Shown here piece by piece: positions 26,252 to 36,567 of a stretch of DNA of 64,000 bases. The notes beneath the pieces were generated by a model that was not told where the DNA came from, searched no databases, and was given only the letters and a program-made list of their open reading frames with translations. Position 1 is the first letter of the stretch. Every line of letters begins with the position of its first letter. The translations under genes were made by a program, and so were the position numbers. This DNA is from Thermoanaerobaculia bacterium (lineage in GTDB: Bacteria > Acidobacteriota > Thermoanaerobaculia > Gp7-AA8). The stretch spans positions 1,316 through 65,315 of the forward strand of contig DASPZU010000118.1 of assembly GCA_035636095.1 (NCBI GenBank), given 5' to 3'.

Positions 26252-29200
26252 ATGAAAGGTCTTGCGTCGCGTTCTTTTCCATTGCTAGCAATCGCACTTT
26301 TAGTGCTTTCCGCAATTCCCGTTGTCGCACAGGAGCAGACGGCCACCATCGAGGGCGTAGTGACCGACCCGTCGGGGGCAGCGCTTCCAGGCGTGTCGAT
26401 CGGACTGGTGAGCGCCAATGGCCAACGCTTGTCGGCTACGACCGACGGCGCGGGCCGATACCGATTCCCGGCGGTGCCTCCAGGGATCTACGCGATTAAC
26501 GCGACCCTGGAGGGAATGCAGAAGACAACGATCAAGGACGTTCAGGTCACGCTCGGTGCGCCAAAGAAGGTCGACGTGCAGATGAAATTGGCACACGTCT
26601 CGGAGAGCGTCACAGTGAGCGCGGAAGCGCCGATCGTCGACGTGACCTCGAGCGCAACTACGAATTCGATCCGTGCCGAAACTTTCGAGCGGCTTCCGAA
26701 GGGTCGCGACTTTACATCGATCGCCACCCTGGCACCGGGCGCTAGAAATGATCCGAAGGCCGGAGGCATCACAGTTGACGGAGCGTCAGGTTCCGAGAAC
26801 AAATACATCATGGATGGTGTCGACACCACAAACCCGCAGACGGGCGTGTCCGGCAAAGTCCTGGTCACCGACTTCGTCGACGAAGTTCAGGTGAAATCCG
26901 CCGGCTATCAGGCCGAGTTTGGTGGCGCGGTGGGCGGAGTGATCAACGTCATCACCAAGACCGGCACGAACGAATTGAAGGGTTCGGTCGGTGGCTACTA
27001 CACGAATCGTGCGTGGGGCGGGGGCGTTCGCCCAACGCTGCAGATCAAGGCGACCGATCCGAATGCATCCGAGTACCACACGTTTCCTCGCGATGACAAC
27101 AAGGTCGTCGAACCGGGATTCACGCTCGGCGGTCCGGTCATGCGCGATCGACTGTGGTTCTTCGCCGCTTATGAGCCGGCCGTTCAGAACATCGACCGAA
27201 CGCCGGAGGGTTTCACTCAGTCATATTCGCAGGATTTCCGGCGAGACAACGGGGTGCTGAACCTCACCGGAAGTGCCACTTCGAAGTTTCTCTACAAATT
27301 CGCATTCAACAACAGCGGCTACAAGACGACGAACCTTCTGCCTGGCGTCAACGGCCGCGGCAACCCCAACCCATCGTTGTACACGGGAAAGAACGACAAG
27401 TTCATCAACTGGACCGCGTCTGGATACGCCGACTTCGTGGCCAATTCATCGTCGTATTCGAGCCTCCGCGGCGGGCGTTTCTTCCGGAACTACCGTCAGT
27501 CGGGAATCTCGACTGATCCACGCTACGTCTTCTCCGGTTCGAACAGCGTGTTTTCCGACGCGCCGCCGAGCCAGGTCCATCCCTCGGGCTATTCGAGCAT
27601 ACCGACCAATACGGCGACACAGAAGGACGCCTACACCCGCGACAACGTCAACCTGGATACTTCCTGGTTCACGCAATTCATGGGTGAGCATCGGCTCAAG
27701 GGCGGCGTGCAGATCGAGAACCTGAAGAACCAGGTTTTAGATGGGGAGCAGAACTATCGCGTCACGATTTACTGGAACCGCGCCAATCCGCTGAGTGGCA
27801 CACGCGGCAAGTACGGAGCGGTCCGCGTCCGTCAGTTCCGCAGAACGGGCGACGTGACGAGCAAAAATCTCGGGCTATTCCTGCAGGATAGCTGGACCAC
27901 CCTGAACGATCGCCTGACGCTCAACATTGGCTTACGTGGCGAGCAGGAGAAGGTGCCGTCATATGCCACTGAGGGAATCACCGGTCGCTATGCGGTCAAT
28001 TGGGGGTACGGCGACAAACTCGCTCCACGTCTCGGCTTCTCTTACGACGTTCGTGGCGACGGCCGCACGAAGGCGTATGGCAGTTACGGCAGGTTCTACG
28101 ACATCATGAAAATGGAGTTGCCGCGCGGATCGTTCGGCGGCGAGAAATGGATCGACGCCTCTTTCGATCTGAACACCGTCGATTACCTGTCGCTCAATTG
28201 TCAGGGCATCACCAACTCCATCACTCAGCGGCCGACCTGCAACGGTGCGACGTTTGTGTACAACGTCGATTTCCGTCATCCTGCCAACGCAGCCGATCTG
28301 AACCTCATCGACCCGAAGCTCAAACCGATGCAGCAGGAGGAGTACACCGTCGGCATGCAGCATGAGCTTTCGCCGACGATGGCGATCGGCGCCCGCCTCA
28401 CTCGCAAGCACCTCGTTCGGACCATCGAAGACACCGGAGTTCTGGTGACCAACCCAGATGGCTCCCAGGAAGAGCAATTCTTCATCGCCAATCCTGGCGA
28501 AGGCGTTGCCCGGCACATCCTCGGAGCGGACTTGCCGTCCATGCCGAAGCCGAAGCGCGACTACAACGGCCTGGAAGTGGAGTTCACCCGGCGCTTCTCC
28601 AACCGCTTGTCGCTGCATGCGAGCTACCTCTACAGCCGGCTTACAGGCAACTACTCCGGGCTGGCCAATTCCGACGAGGCGGTTGGCTCCGGCAACGCTC
28701 GCACTTCACCGAACGTGAATCGCGCCTTCGACGGTCTTTTCAATTTGTTCAACGCGCAAGGAAAGGCGGTCGTCGGCAGGCTGGCCACCGATCGTCCGCA
28801 TCAGTTCAAGGCCCAGGCTGCGTACGCATTTGCATTCGGAACGACTATCGGCGTGAATCAGTACGTCGGCAGCGGCACGCCATTCCAGACCGAGTTCTCG
28901 GTCTCCAACATCCCCTTCTTCGCCTTCGGTCGCGGCGACATGGGCCGCTCGCCGTGGCTGAAGCAAACGGATCTCAACCTCACGCACGAAATCCGCCTCG
29001 GCGGCGGTTACGCGCTGGCGCTCGGCGTGAACGTTCTGAACCTCTTCGACACGAAGACAGTGCTGAACATCTACGATGTGTACAGTGGCGATAATCTGCG
29101 AATGCGCGACGCCAACGGTAACGCGCTTGCGGTCGGTTCGCACGCTGAGGCGCAGGCATTCTTCAAGGGCTTCGATCCGAAAGCACTCTGCGCGCTGCAG

Positions 29201-29287
29201 AAGTGTTTTGTCGATCCCTTCTACGGGAAGCCGAATGCCTTCCAGGATCCGCGCGAGGTGCGTCTCAGCGCTCGCCTGATCTTCTAG
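26252..29287 (+). CDS. TonB-dependent receptor-like outer-membrane protein with N-terminal carboxypeptidase-regulatory-like domain
   Basis: Signal peptide. IEGVVTDPSGAALPGVSI..GRYRF is the CarboxypepD_reg signature. 1011-aa beta-rich protein ending in F. Confidence 0.8.
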   Translation: MKGLASRSFPLLAIALLVLSAIPVVAQEQTATIEGVVTDPSGAALPGVSIGLVSANGQRLSATTDGAGRYRFPAVPPGIYAINATLEGMQKTTIKDVQVTLGAPKKVDVQMKLAHVSESVTVSAEAPIVDVTSSATTNSIRAETFERLPKGRDFTSIATLAPGARNDPKAGGITVDGASGSENKYIMDGVDTTNPQTGVSGKVLVTDFVDEVQVKSAGYQAEFGGAVGGVINVITKTGTNELKGSVGGYYTNRAWGGGVRPTLQIKATDPNASEYHTFPRDDNKVVEPGFTLGGPVMRDRLWFFAAYEPAVQNIDRTPEGFTQSYSQDFRRDNGVLNLTGSATSKFLYKFAFNNSGYKTTNLLPGVNGRGNPNPSLYTGKNDKFINWTASGYADFVANSSSYSSLRGGRFFRNYRQSGISTDPRYVFSGSNSVFSDAPPSQVHPSGYSSIPTNTATQKDAYTRDNVNLDTSWFTQFMGEHRLKGGVQIENLKNQVLDGEQNYRVTIYWNRANPLSGTRGKYGAVRVRQFRRTGDVTSKNLGLFLQDSWTTLNDRLTLNIGLRGEQEKVPSYATEGITGRYAVNWGYGDKLAPRLGFSYDVRGDGRTKAYGSYGRFYDIMKMELPRGSFGGEKWIDASFDLNTVDYLSLNCQGITNSITQRPTCNGATFVYNVDFRHPANAADLNLIDPKLKPMQQEEYTVGMQHELSPTMAIGARLTRKHLVRTIEDTGVLVTNPDGSQEEQFFIANPGEGVARHILGADLPSMPKPKRDYNGLEVEFTRRFSNRLSLHASYLYSRLTGNYSGLANSDEAVGSGNARTSPNVNRAFDGLFNLFNAQGKAVVGRLATDRPHQFKAQAAYAFAFGTTIGVNQYVGSGTPFQTEFSVSNIPFFAFGRGDMGRSPWLKQTDLNLTHEIRLGGGYALALGVNVLNLFDTKTVLNIYDVYSGDNLRMRDANGNALAVGSHAEAQAFFKGFDPKALCALQKCFVDPFYGKPNAFQDPREVRLSARLIF

Positions 29288-29354
29288 TCGCCCGACACGA
29301 CCCCGGCATCAAAAGGGTGGCGCTCCGGCGCCACCCTTTCTTATTCTGTGACGG

Positions 29355-31295
29355 TTGCGTAAGCCTTTCCTGGTCCTTTTGATTCTTTTGACCACCTGCG
29401 GGAAGCACGAGCAGGCAAAGCCCAACGTCCTCCTCATCACCCTCGATACCTTTCGCGCCGATCGCGTCACTCCGGCAACGCCGAATCTGCTGAAACTCGC
29501 GCAGAGAGGCGAGTGGTTCCAGCATGCGGATTCGGTCGCGCCGCTGACCTTGCCCTCGCACGCGACCATTCTCTCCGGCATCCTTCCTCCGCATCACGGC
29601 CTGCGGAATAACGAAGTCGGCTCGTTTCCCGATCGCCCTACTCTCGCCACTGTTTTCGCGAAAGGCGGCTATCGCACGGGCGCGTTCGTCAGCGCATTCG
29701 TCCTCGATCGGCGCTTCGGCCTTTGGCGTGGATTCGAAACGTACGACGACGCGATCGCCCGCGATCCCAACGACACCGCGGCGATGTTCGAGGCCGAACG
29801 CCGCGGCGGCGAGACCGTCGATCGCGCGCTGGCGTGGCTGAGCCGCAGCGACGGACGGCCATGGTTCGCGTGGATCCATCTCTATGATGCGCACGCCCCC
29901 TACGCGCCGCCCGCCCCGTTTCCGCAGACGTACGACGGCGAAGTGGCGTACGTCGACGCGCAAGTCGGCCGGATTCTGAGCGCGATCGATCCCGCGAAGA
30001 CGATCGTCGTCGTGGTCGGTGATCACGGTGAGGCCCTCGGCGAACACGGCGAGCTGACCCACGGCCTGCTGGTCTACGAATCCACGCTGCATGTTCCGCT
30101 CATCATGGCGGGACCCGATGTGAAGCCCAACTCAGTGCTGCAGCCGATCAGCACCGTGGAAGTCGCGCCGCGGATTGCGGCCATGGTCGGCTTGTCGATT
30201 CCGCATGACGCGGCATCGGATATCTACGCCGAATCGGAGTATGCCAAGTCATTCGGATGGAGCGGCCTCACATCGATTCGCAGCGGAAATATCAAGCTGA
30301 TTCGCGGCGCGACGTCCGAGATGTTCGATCTTGCCCGCGATCCAAACGAGACCAGGAACATCATCGATGATCGGCGGCGGCTTTACGGTCAGCTCGGCAA
30401 ACGGCTGGACGCGATTGGCGCGACCGCGATAGCCGCCACCGGAACGGTCGACGCCGAGACCCGCGCGAAACTCGCGAGCCTCGGCTACGTTGCGCCGGGT
30501 GCGGCCGCCAGGGGCAGCGGCCGCGATCCGCGCGAGATGGCGCCGCTTTTTCGACGCTACGAAGAAGCACAGGCCAAAAATTCGATCGCCGATCTCGAGC
30601 AGCTGGTCTCGAAAGATCCCGCCAATCCCGTTTTCCGTTCCACGCTCGCCCGCGCGGTCAAGCTCCACGGAGCGATCGATCGCGCCATTGCGCTTAATCG
30701 CGAGGCGGTCGCGCTTTCTCCTGCCGATCCCGACGCCTGGTACAACCTCGCCTCGGCGCTTCAAGAGCGCGGACGCACGGCCGAGGCGAGACAAGTCGCG
30801 ATCGAGGCGATCCGACTCGATCCTCATCGTCCCGACGCGCACAACATCCTCGGAATCGCCGACATCGAAACCGGCGACCCCAGCGGCGCCGAAACCGAAT
30901 TCCGAAAAGCGATCGAGCTCGATCCTCGCAACGCCCGCGCCTGGAACAACCTCGGCAACGTTTTGCGAAGTGCCGGCCGCACAGCAGACGCCGAAACTGC
31001 GTATCGCACAGCCCTCGAGATCACTCCCACCTACGCCGATCCTCTGAACGGACTGGGGGTGATCGCCGTGCAGGAGGGGAGGAGCGCCGAGGCCATCGCC
31101 GATTTCGACAAGGCGCTGGCGGCGGCGCCTAACTTCTATGAAGCGCGGCTCAATCGGGCGATCGCTCTGCAATTGTCCGGGAACATCTCGGGCGCGCGAA
31201 CCGAGCTCCAACACCTGCTAACACACCTGCCCAAGGGGAGTGCGCAGCGGAAAGCGGCCGAAACTCTGCTCGCTCGGCTACCACGGAAGCGTTAA
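29355..31295 (+). CDS. sulfatase-like (alkaline phosphatase superfamily) hydrolase fused to C-terminal TPR repeats, lipoprotein
   Basis: Signal/lipobox LLTTCG. LLITLDTFRADR and VGDHGE are sulfatase-type metal-binding motifs. The C-terminal ~250 aa are TPR repeats (AWYNLA, AHNILG, AWNNLG). Confidence 0.7.
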   Translation: MRKPFLVLLILLTTCGKHEQAKPNVLLITLDTFRADRVTPATPNLLKLAQRGEWFQHADSVAPLTLPSHATILSGILPPHHGLRNNEVGSFPDRPTLATVFAKGGYRTGAFVSAFVLDRRFGLWRGFETYDDAIARDPNDTAAMFEAERRGGETVDRALAWLSRSDGRPWFAWIHLYDAHAPYAPPAPFPQTYDGEVAYVDAQVGRILSAIDPAKTIVVVVGDHGEALGEHGELTHGLLVYESTLHVPLIMAGPDVKPNSVLQPISTVEVAPRIAAMVGLSIPHDAASDIYAESEYAKSFGWSGLTSIRSGNIKLIRGATSEMFDLARDPNETRNIIDDRRRLYGQLGKRLDAIGATAIAATGTVDAETRAKLASLGYVAPGAAARGSGRDPREMAPLFRRYEEAQAKNSIADLEQLVSKDPANPVFRSTLARAVKLHGAIDRAIALNREAVALSPADPDAWYNLASALQERGRTAEARQVAIEAIRLDPHRPDAHNILGIADIETGDPSGAETEFRKAIELDPRNARAWNNLGNVLRSAGRTADAETAYRTALEITPTYADPLNGLGVIAVQEGRSAEAIADFDKALAAAPNFYEARLNRAIALQLSGNISGARTELQHLLTHLPKGSAQRKAAETLLARLPRKR

Positions 31296-31341
31296 CTTGG
31301 TCTATAGTCGGCGTCAATTTTCGGATTCGAAGGAGGTCCAT

Positions 31342-34209
31342 GTGAAGAGGCCACTCTCTTATATTGTTCTTTCCCTACTTCTACTTCTGACCGTGACGGC
31401 TGCCTTTGCGCAGACTGGTGGCGCGGCTCTCGGTGGAACCGTGACCGACGCGTCAGGCGGGGCATTGCCCGGCGTTACCGTCACGGCAACCCAAAACGCC
31501 ACCGGCTTCAATCGTTCGGTCGTGACGGGAGCCGATGGTGCCTATCGTTTTCCGTCTTTACCGGTCGGCACCTACATCGTCACCGCCGATCTTTCGGGAT
31601 TTGCCTCCGTGACGACACGCAACGTCGAGTTGAACGTTGCGCAAGAGCGTGAGCTGAACATCGCGCTCAAGCAGGCGGCGGTCAAAGAACAGATCACGGT
31701 CACGGCGTCGGCTCCGCTTATCGAGACCACACCGGCGGTCAGCACGGTCGTCAGCCAGAAGGAGATTCAGAATCTACCTCTCAACGGCCGTCAGTTCGCG
31801 AACCTCGGCACACTTGCGCCGGGAACGACGCTCTCTGTCAACGCTGACCCGACCAAGCCGGGACAGATGACTATCGCGCTGAACGGCGGCAGCGGCCGCA
31901 ACGTGAATTTCCTCATCGACGGCGGCGACAACACCGATGACACCATCGGGGGCGCGCTGCAGAACTTCAACATCGAAGCGGTGCAGGAATTCAACATTCA
32001 GACGCAGCAGTACAAAGCGGAATTCGGCCGCACCACCGGCGGCGTGCTGACGGTGGTCACCAAGACCGGGACGAACACCTTCGAAGGCAGCGCTTACGAG
32101 TTTTATCGCGACAAGAGCCTCAACTCGGAATCCGAGAGCGAAAAGCTCGGCGGGGGCGGCAAGGCGCCGTATCGCCGCAATCAATACGGAGCGTCGTTCG
32201 GAGGCCCGATCATGAGGGACCGCGCGCACTTCTTCGTCACCGGCGAGCGCACGGAACGGCCGACGAACTACATCGTCCAAACCAAGGGAATTTATCCGGA
32301 CTTCGATGGCAAGGCGATCCCCACTCCGTTCAAGGACAACCTTCTGACCGCGAAGGCGAGCGCCGATATCAACGCCAAACAGTTCCTGCAGGTGCGATAC
32401 GGCATGCAGAGGAACTCGGATAAGTACGGCGCGAGCCCGGTCATTCTTCCGAGCGCGCTCGGCACGATCACGAATACATACCACTCCATCCTCGGCGGGC
32501 ACACCTGGCAGATCAGCTCCGACAAGTTGAACGAATTTCTTTTCCAGGACACCCACTTCAAGAATTCGATCAGCCCCGATTCCACTGACCCCACCATCGT
32601 TTATCCGTCGGGTGTCTCGATCGGACAGAGCATCAACGCGCCACAATCGACGACACAGGTAAAACGCCAGTTTAAGGACGACTTCGCGTGGTCCATGAAT
32701 TTCGGCGCGATGCGCCACGACTTCAAAGTCGGCGCGAACTACATCGACGAGCCGATCCTGGGCGGCGACTTCACTGTCGGCACCACCGGCCAGTACACAC
32801 TGACCGCCGACAAGCAGGGATCGCCGGTGGCCGACATCACGATCTTCGGCGGCTTCTTCGGCAACAAGACCCCCATCAAGCAGTACAACTATTACGTGCA
32901 GGACGACCTGGCGGTCAATAAAAACCTGACCGTCAATGTCGGCTTGCGTTACGACCTCTGGAAAGGCTTCGATCTCGATCAGCACACGAATCCGATCTGG
33001 CAGGCGCTCTCCACGCAAACGAAGTACAACGAGGCCTACTTGCAGCCCTTCAAGAACGGCGGCGGGGGGAAGCTGAAGAACGACACCAACAACTGGGGTC
33101 CGCGCATCGGCTTCTCGTACGACCTGCGCGCCGATTCGAAGAACATCATCCGCGGCGGTTACGGACGCTATTACGATTTCCCGTACACGAACGCCACGAT
33201 TCTGTTCCCCGCTGCGGCAGTGCAGTCGAATTACGGGGTCGTTTACAACAACAGCGATCCCAAAGGGATCAAGAACGCGAACGGCACGTTCTTTCAGCCC
33301 GGCCAGCCGCTGCCCCCCAATCAAATCACCGGGAGTCAGGTCCCTCCACCGAATGAAGTCGCTTCTCCCACCTTGGCCACACCGTACTCCGATCAGTTCT
33401 CGCTTGGATATTCGTGGCAGGTCAATCCATGGCTCGGACTGAATGTCGACGGATCGCACATCAGCTACAAGGACATTCCGTTCCGCTTCCGCGCGAATCC
33501 AACCGATCCGTCGACCGGCAAGCGGCGCTTCCCGGCGTTCGGCAACTTCCGTCTCTGGATGGGCAATGGTTTCGCGAAATACAACGGCCTGAACATCGGC
33601 GGACATGCGCGTCTGGGCGATCGCTTCGAGCTGCAGGGCTTCTACACAATTTCGCACGCGACCGGCAACATCCTCGCCGGAGCCGACGAGTTCCGCATCA
33701 CGGCCGCAGGTTATCAGCCCGATCTACGGACTGTGCGCGATCAGAGCGTCAATCCGTACGATCCCAACTGCAGCGCCTGCACTGGTCCTCTCGACACCGA
33801 TGCGCGCCATCGCGTGACGCTGAGCGGCATGTATCGCGCTCCGTACGGCATCAATCTCTCCGGCATTCTGCGCTACCACTCGGCAACGCCGTACACCGAT
33901 TGGGCCGGCACCGACCTCAATGGCGACAAGTTCAACTTCGATCTGCCCCCCGGCGTCAGCCATGTGAACTCGCTGCGGGGTTCGTCGTTCTCGCAGCTGG
34001 ATGTGCGCGTGGGCAAGGCGTTCAAGTTCTTCGGCAACTACGGCGTTGAACTGATCGGCGAAGTGTTCAACCTGTTCAACTCGAAGAACGAGGCCGGTTT
34101 CGTTGGCAATCGTTTGTCGAAAGCGTACAAGCAGCCCAGCTTCTTCGCTGGCGATCCCGGCCACGGCGAGCAGCGCCTGGCTCAGCTCGGCTTACGCGTC
34201 ACGTTCTAG
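31342..34209 (+). CDS. TonB-dependent receptor-like outer-membrane protein with CarboxypepD_reg domain (paralog 2)
   Basis: GTG start 6 nt after AGGAGG. LGGTVTDASGGALPGVTV..GAYRF. 955 aa ending ...LRVTF. Confidence 0.8.
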   Translation: MKRPLSYIVLSLLLLLTVTAAFAQTGGAALGGTVTDASGGALPGVTVTATQNATGFNRSVVTGADGAYRFPSLPVGTYIVTADLSGFASVTTRNVELNVAQERELNIALKQAAVKEQITVTASAPLIETTPAVSTVVSQKEIQNLPLNGRQFANLGTLAPGTTLSVNADPTKPGQMTIALNGGSGRNVNFLIDGGDNTDDTIGGALQNFNIEAVQEFNIQTQQYKAEFGRTTGGVLTVVTKTGTNTFEGSAYEFYRDKSLNSESESEKLGGGGKAPYRRNQYGASFGGPIMRDRAHFFVTGERTERPTNYIVQTKGIYPDFDGKAIPTPFKDNLLTAKASADINAKQFLQVRYGMQRNSDKYGASPVILPSALGTITNTYHSILGGHTWQISSDKLNEFLFQDTHFKNSISPDSTDPTIVYPSGVSIGQSINAPQSTTQVKRQFKDDFAWSMNFGAMRHDFKVGANYIDEPILGGDFTVGTTGQYTLTADKQGSPVADITIFGGFFGNKTPIKQYNYYVQDDLAVNKNLTVNVGLRYDLWKGFDLDQHTNPIWQALSTQTKYNEAYLQPFKNGGGGKLKNDTNNWGPRIGFSYDLRADSKNIIRGGYGRYYDFPYTNATILFPAAAVQSNYGVVYNNSDPKGIKNANGTFFQPGQPLPPNQITGSQVPPPNEVASPTLATPYSDQFSLGYSWQVNPWLGLNVDGSHISYKDIPFRFRANPTDPSTGKRRFPAFGNFRLWMGNGFAKYNGLNIGGHARLGDRFELQGFYTISHATGNILAGADEFRITAAGYQPDLRTVRDQSVNPYDPNCSACTGPLDTDARHRVTLSGMYRAPYGINLSGILRYHSATPYTDWAGTDLNGDKFNFDLPPGVSHVNSLRGSSFSQLDVRVGKAFKFFGNYGVELIGEVFNLFNSKNEAGFVGNRLSKAYKQPSFFAGDPGHGEQRLAQLGLRVTF

Positions 34210-34260
34210 TCAAGTCACAACCGTCCATGGTGAAGGGCGCCCGAAACGGGCGCCCTTTTT
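34199..34260. repeat. 62-bp direct repeat, left copy (includes the TBDR stop and the terminator hairpin GAAGGGCGCCCGAAACGGGCGCCCTT)
   Basis: Matches 34829-34890 at 59/62 positions. Confidence 0.8.
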
Positions 34261-34766
34261 CGCACTTGCTGAGCTGGATGCAGTGAGTCAAAACGGGGCG
34301 GCACATTGAGTTGAACGGAAACGTTGCTGGCCCGCACGCCTGAGGCGTTGAGATCGTTCTTGACGGCGTCTGCGATTCGATCGGCAGCATCGCGTCGCCG
34401 GTCGATGAGATCGGCCGTCGTGAGCTCGGATGAGGATCGGGTAACGGCATACTGCACGCGCTGCCGCAGCGAGGCGCACCACGTGCCCGGCGGCCAGTCA
34501 GGCGGAACGCTTTCGGGGACTACGTATGTGAACCGGATCCGAATCGGAATGGCATTGTGCGTCGTGGTTGTGCCGCTCGCGACGTCGTCAAAGGACATCG
34601 TGGTCCGGCACGCAATTCCGCGCGCACGGACAAAGAACATCGACCTCCGCATGACGAGATGTTGTCGGTCGCGAAATACGGTGACGCTGCCGGCCGGCTG
34701 ATAGTGCACAAAAACCAGCAGCGCGAGGATCGCGGCGACAAGGATTAGAACCGTGATTGTTCGCAT
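34215..34766 (-). CDS. membrane-anchored protein, paralog of the N-terminal domain of the 39658-41955 protein
   Basis: N-terminal TM helix. IRFTYVVPESVPPDWPPGTWCASLRQRVQ / ADRIADAVKNDLNA..VQLNVPPRF aligns with VTFVYEPPAQLPSDWPAGNWCDSLGQRVQ / SDKIAEAIQRELSA..ARFDLPPGW. The C-terminal ~17 aa are antisense to the repeat hairpin, so the end is uncertain. Confidence 0.45.
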   Translation of the reverse strand: MRTITVLILVAAILALLVFVHYQPAGSVTVFRDRQHLVMRRSMFFVRARGIACRTTMSFDDVASGTTTTHNAIPIRIRFTYVVPESVPPDWPPGTWCASLRQRVQYAVTRSSSELTTADLIDRRRDAADRIADAVKNDLNASGVRASNVSVQLNVPPRFDSLHPAQQVRKRAPVSGALHHGRL

Positions 34767-34828
34767 CAACTGAACGATGCGTGATCCTGGTCTCAGGATA
34801 CAAGGTCGACCCCGGTTAGGTCAGGCAG

Positions 34829-34890
34829 TCACGTTCCAGTCAAGTCACAACCGTCTATGGTGAAGGGCGCCCGAAACGAGCGCCCTTTTC
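34829..34890. repeat. 62-bp direct repeat, right copy (stop codon TAG->CAG; hairpin retained)
   Basis: GTCACGTTCCAGTCAAGTCACAACCGTCTATGGTGAAGGGCGCCCGAAACGAGCGCCCTTTT. Confidence 0.8.
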
Positions 34891-34907
34891 TTGGTGTTCG
34901 CGAGATA

Positions 34908-36551
34908 ATGATGCCCATGCGCAAGTTAGCCACGGGTTGCGCCTTGCTGGTTTTTTCTCTCGCCGCTGCCGGACAACAGATCTCTCCCCTGACCGAACGG
35001 ATCGACGTTACCGTCATCAACGTCGACGTCACCGTGACCGACCGTGCCGGCAATCCAGTGGCCGGTCTGACGCGCGACGATTTCGAGATCTTCGAGGACG
35101 GGCGCCCGCAGAAGATCACGAACTTTTACATCATCCAGAACGCTGCCGTGCGAAGTGGCGCGGCGGCCGAAAGCGCTTCAGATTCGCCGCAGTTCCGGCG
35201 AAAAGTCGTCCTGATGATCGACAACAACTTCATCCTGAAGCCGCAGCGCGACCTGGCCTTGAAAAAAATCGATGACTTTTTCGATAAGCATTTCGATGGC
35301 AACTACGAATGGTCCGTGATTACGGTGGGGCACAACGTCGAATCCATTCAGCCCTTCACGACCGACCGGACCAAGATTCATGCGGCGATCGACCACGTTC
35401 GCCAGATGGAAACGTTCACGCTGCAGCCGGAGATGAATCGCGCGCTGTTGTCCGATAGCACCCGCAAGGCCACCATGGGCGATGCCGCCAGTGGCTTCGC
35501 TTATTCGAATTCGGTGAACTTTCACAGCCGCGAGCAGACCATGCGGATGCTCCAGGCCACCACCAACACCGCCCGCGCAGTCATTCAGATGTGCAGGGCC
35601 TTCGGCTCAGCGGGCGGCAAGAAAATCGTCATCCTGGTGACCGGCGGCATGGAGCGAAACACCTCATTCCAGGCCTATGAAACCGGCGAGGATCGCATCC
35701 TTCAGCAGATGAAGTTCGATGCCAGCCTCACGCTCGATGAAATGGTCCATGAAGCGAATGCCGCGAACTTCAACCTCTACGTCGTGAAAGCCAGCGGCCG
35801 CGGAATGATCGCCCCCCAGCACGACGTCTCGAACAAATCGTCCGGGCTCAACCTCTACTCCACGAACATTTTCCAGCAGGGCGGCGGCGCCGGACCGATC
35901 GACACCAGCGACGTCGATTCGACTTCACTGACCCTGGCCCTCGGCACGGGCGGCCTGTATCTCACCGGCACCGAGACCGGCCGGAACTTCGAGCGGATCG
36001 ATACCGACACCTCGAATTACTACTCCCTCGGTTATTCGCCGCAACATCCCGAGGATGGCGATTACCACCGGATCACGGTGAAAGCGAAAAAGGCCGGCCT
36101 CAAGATCCGGCACCGCGAGGGCTACGCCAGTCTTTCCTTTGAACAACGACTGGAGCAGACGCTGATCGCGCCGCTGACTTTCCAGTCAGAACGCGGCTCG
36201 CTTCCGGTCACGGTTGAGGTCGGAGTTCCGGCCGATGCGGATCATGTCCGTGTTCCGGTTGTGGCGCATCTGCCGATGACTCGGATCACAGTTCTGCCAT
36301 TGGGCGACGCGTACGTTGGCCGCGTCCACGTCTATCTGTCCGTTTATGACAGCAGCGGAAAGAACGTGGGGTACCACCATCTGATCAAGGATGTGACTGT
36401 GCCGAAGGCTGAGCTCTCGAAACTCGGCAATGCGCAGTTTCAATACAAGATGAATGTCGCGTTAGCGAAGGGTGAATTTACGCTGGTGGTCACGCTTCGT
36501 GACGATGTCACGAATGATATCGGCACCGCTCTTGAAAACGTGCGGCTATAG
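34908..36551 (+). CDS. VWFA-related Acidobacterial-domain protein (TIGR03436-like), tandem paralog 1
   Basis: Signal peptide. Conserved N-terminal block ERIDVTVINVDVTVTDRAGNPVAGLTRDDFEIFEDGRPQKITNFY, then a VWA-like region. 547 aa. Confidence 0.75.
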   Translation: MMPMRKLATGCALLVFSLAAAGQQISPLTERIDVTVINVDVTVTDRAGNPVAGLTRDDFEIFEDGRPQKITNFYIIQNAAVRSGAAAESASDSPQFRRKVVLMIDNNFILKPQRDLALKKIDDFFDKHFDGNYEWSVITVGHNVESIQPFTTDRTKIHAAIDHVRQMETFTLQPEMNRALLSDSTRKATMGDAASGFAYSNSVNFHSREQTMRMLQATTNTARAVIQMCRAFGSAGGKKIVILVTGGMERNTSFQAYETGEDRILQQMKFDASLTLDEMVHEANAANFNLYVVKASGRGMIAPQHDVSNKSSGLNLYSTNIFQQGGGAGPIDTSDVDSTSLTLALGTGGLYLTGTETGRNFERIDTDTSNYYSLGYSPQHPEDGDYHRITVKAKKAGLKIRHREGYASLSFEQRLEQTLIAPLTFQSERGSLPVTVEVGVPADADHVRVPVVAHLPMTRITVLPLGDAYVGRVHVYLSVYDSSGKNVGYHHLIKDVTVPKAELSKLGNAQFQYKMNVALAKGEFTLVVTLRDDVTNDIGTALENVRL

Positions 36552-36567
36552 CCGGAGGAGACCTTTC

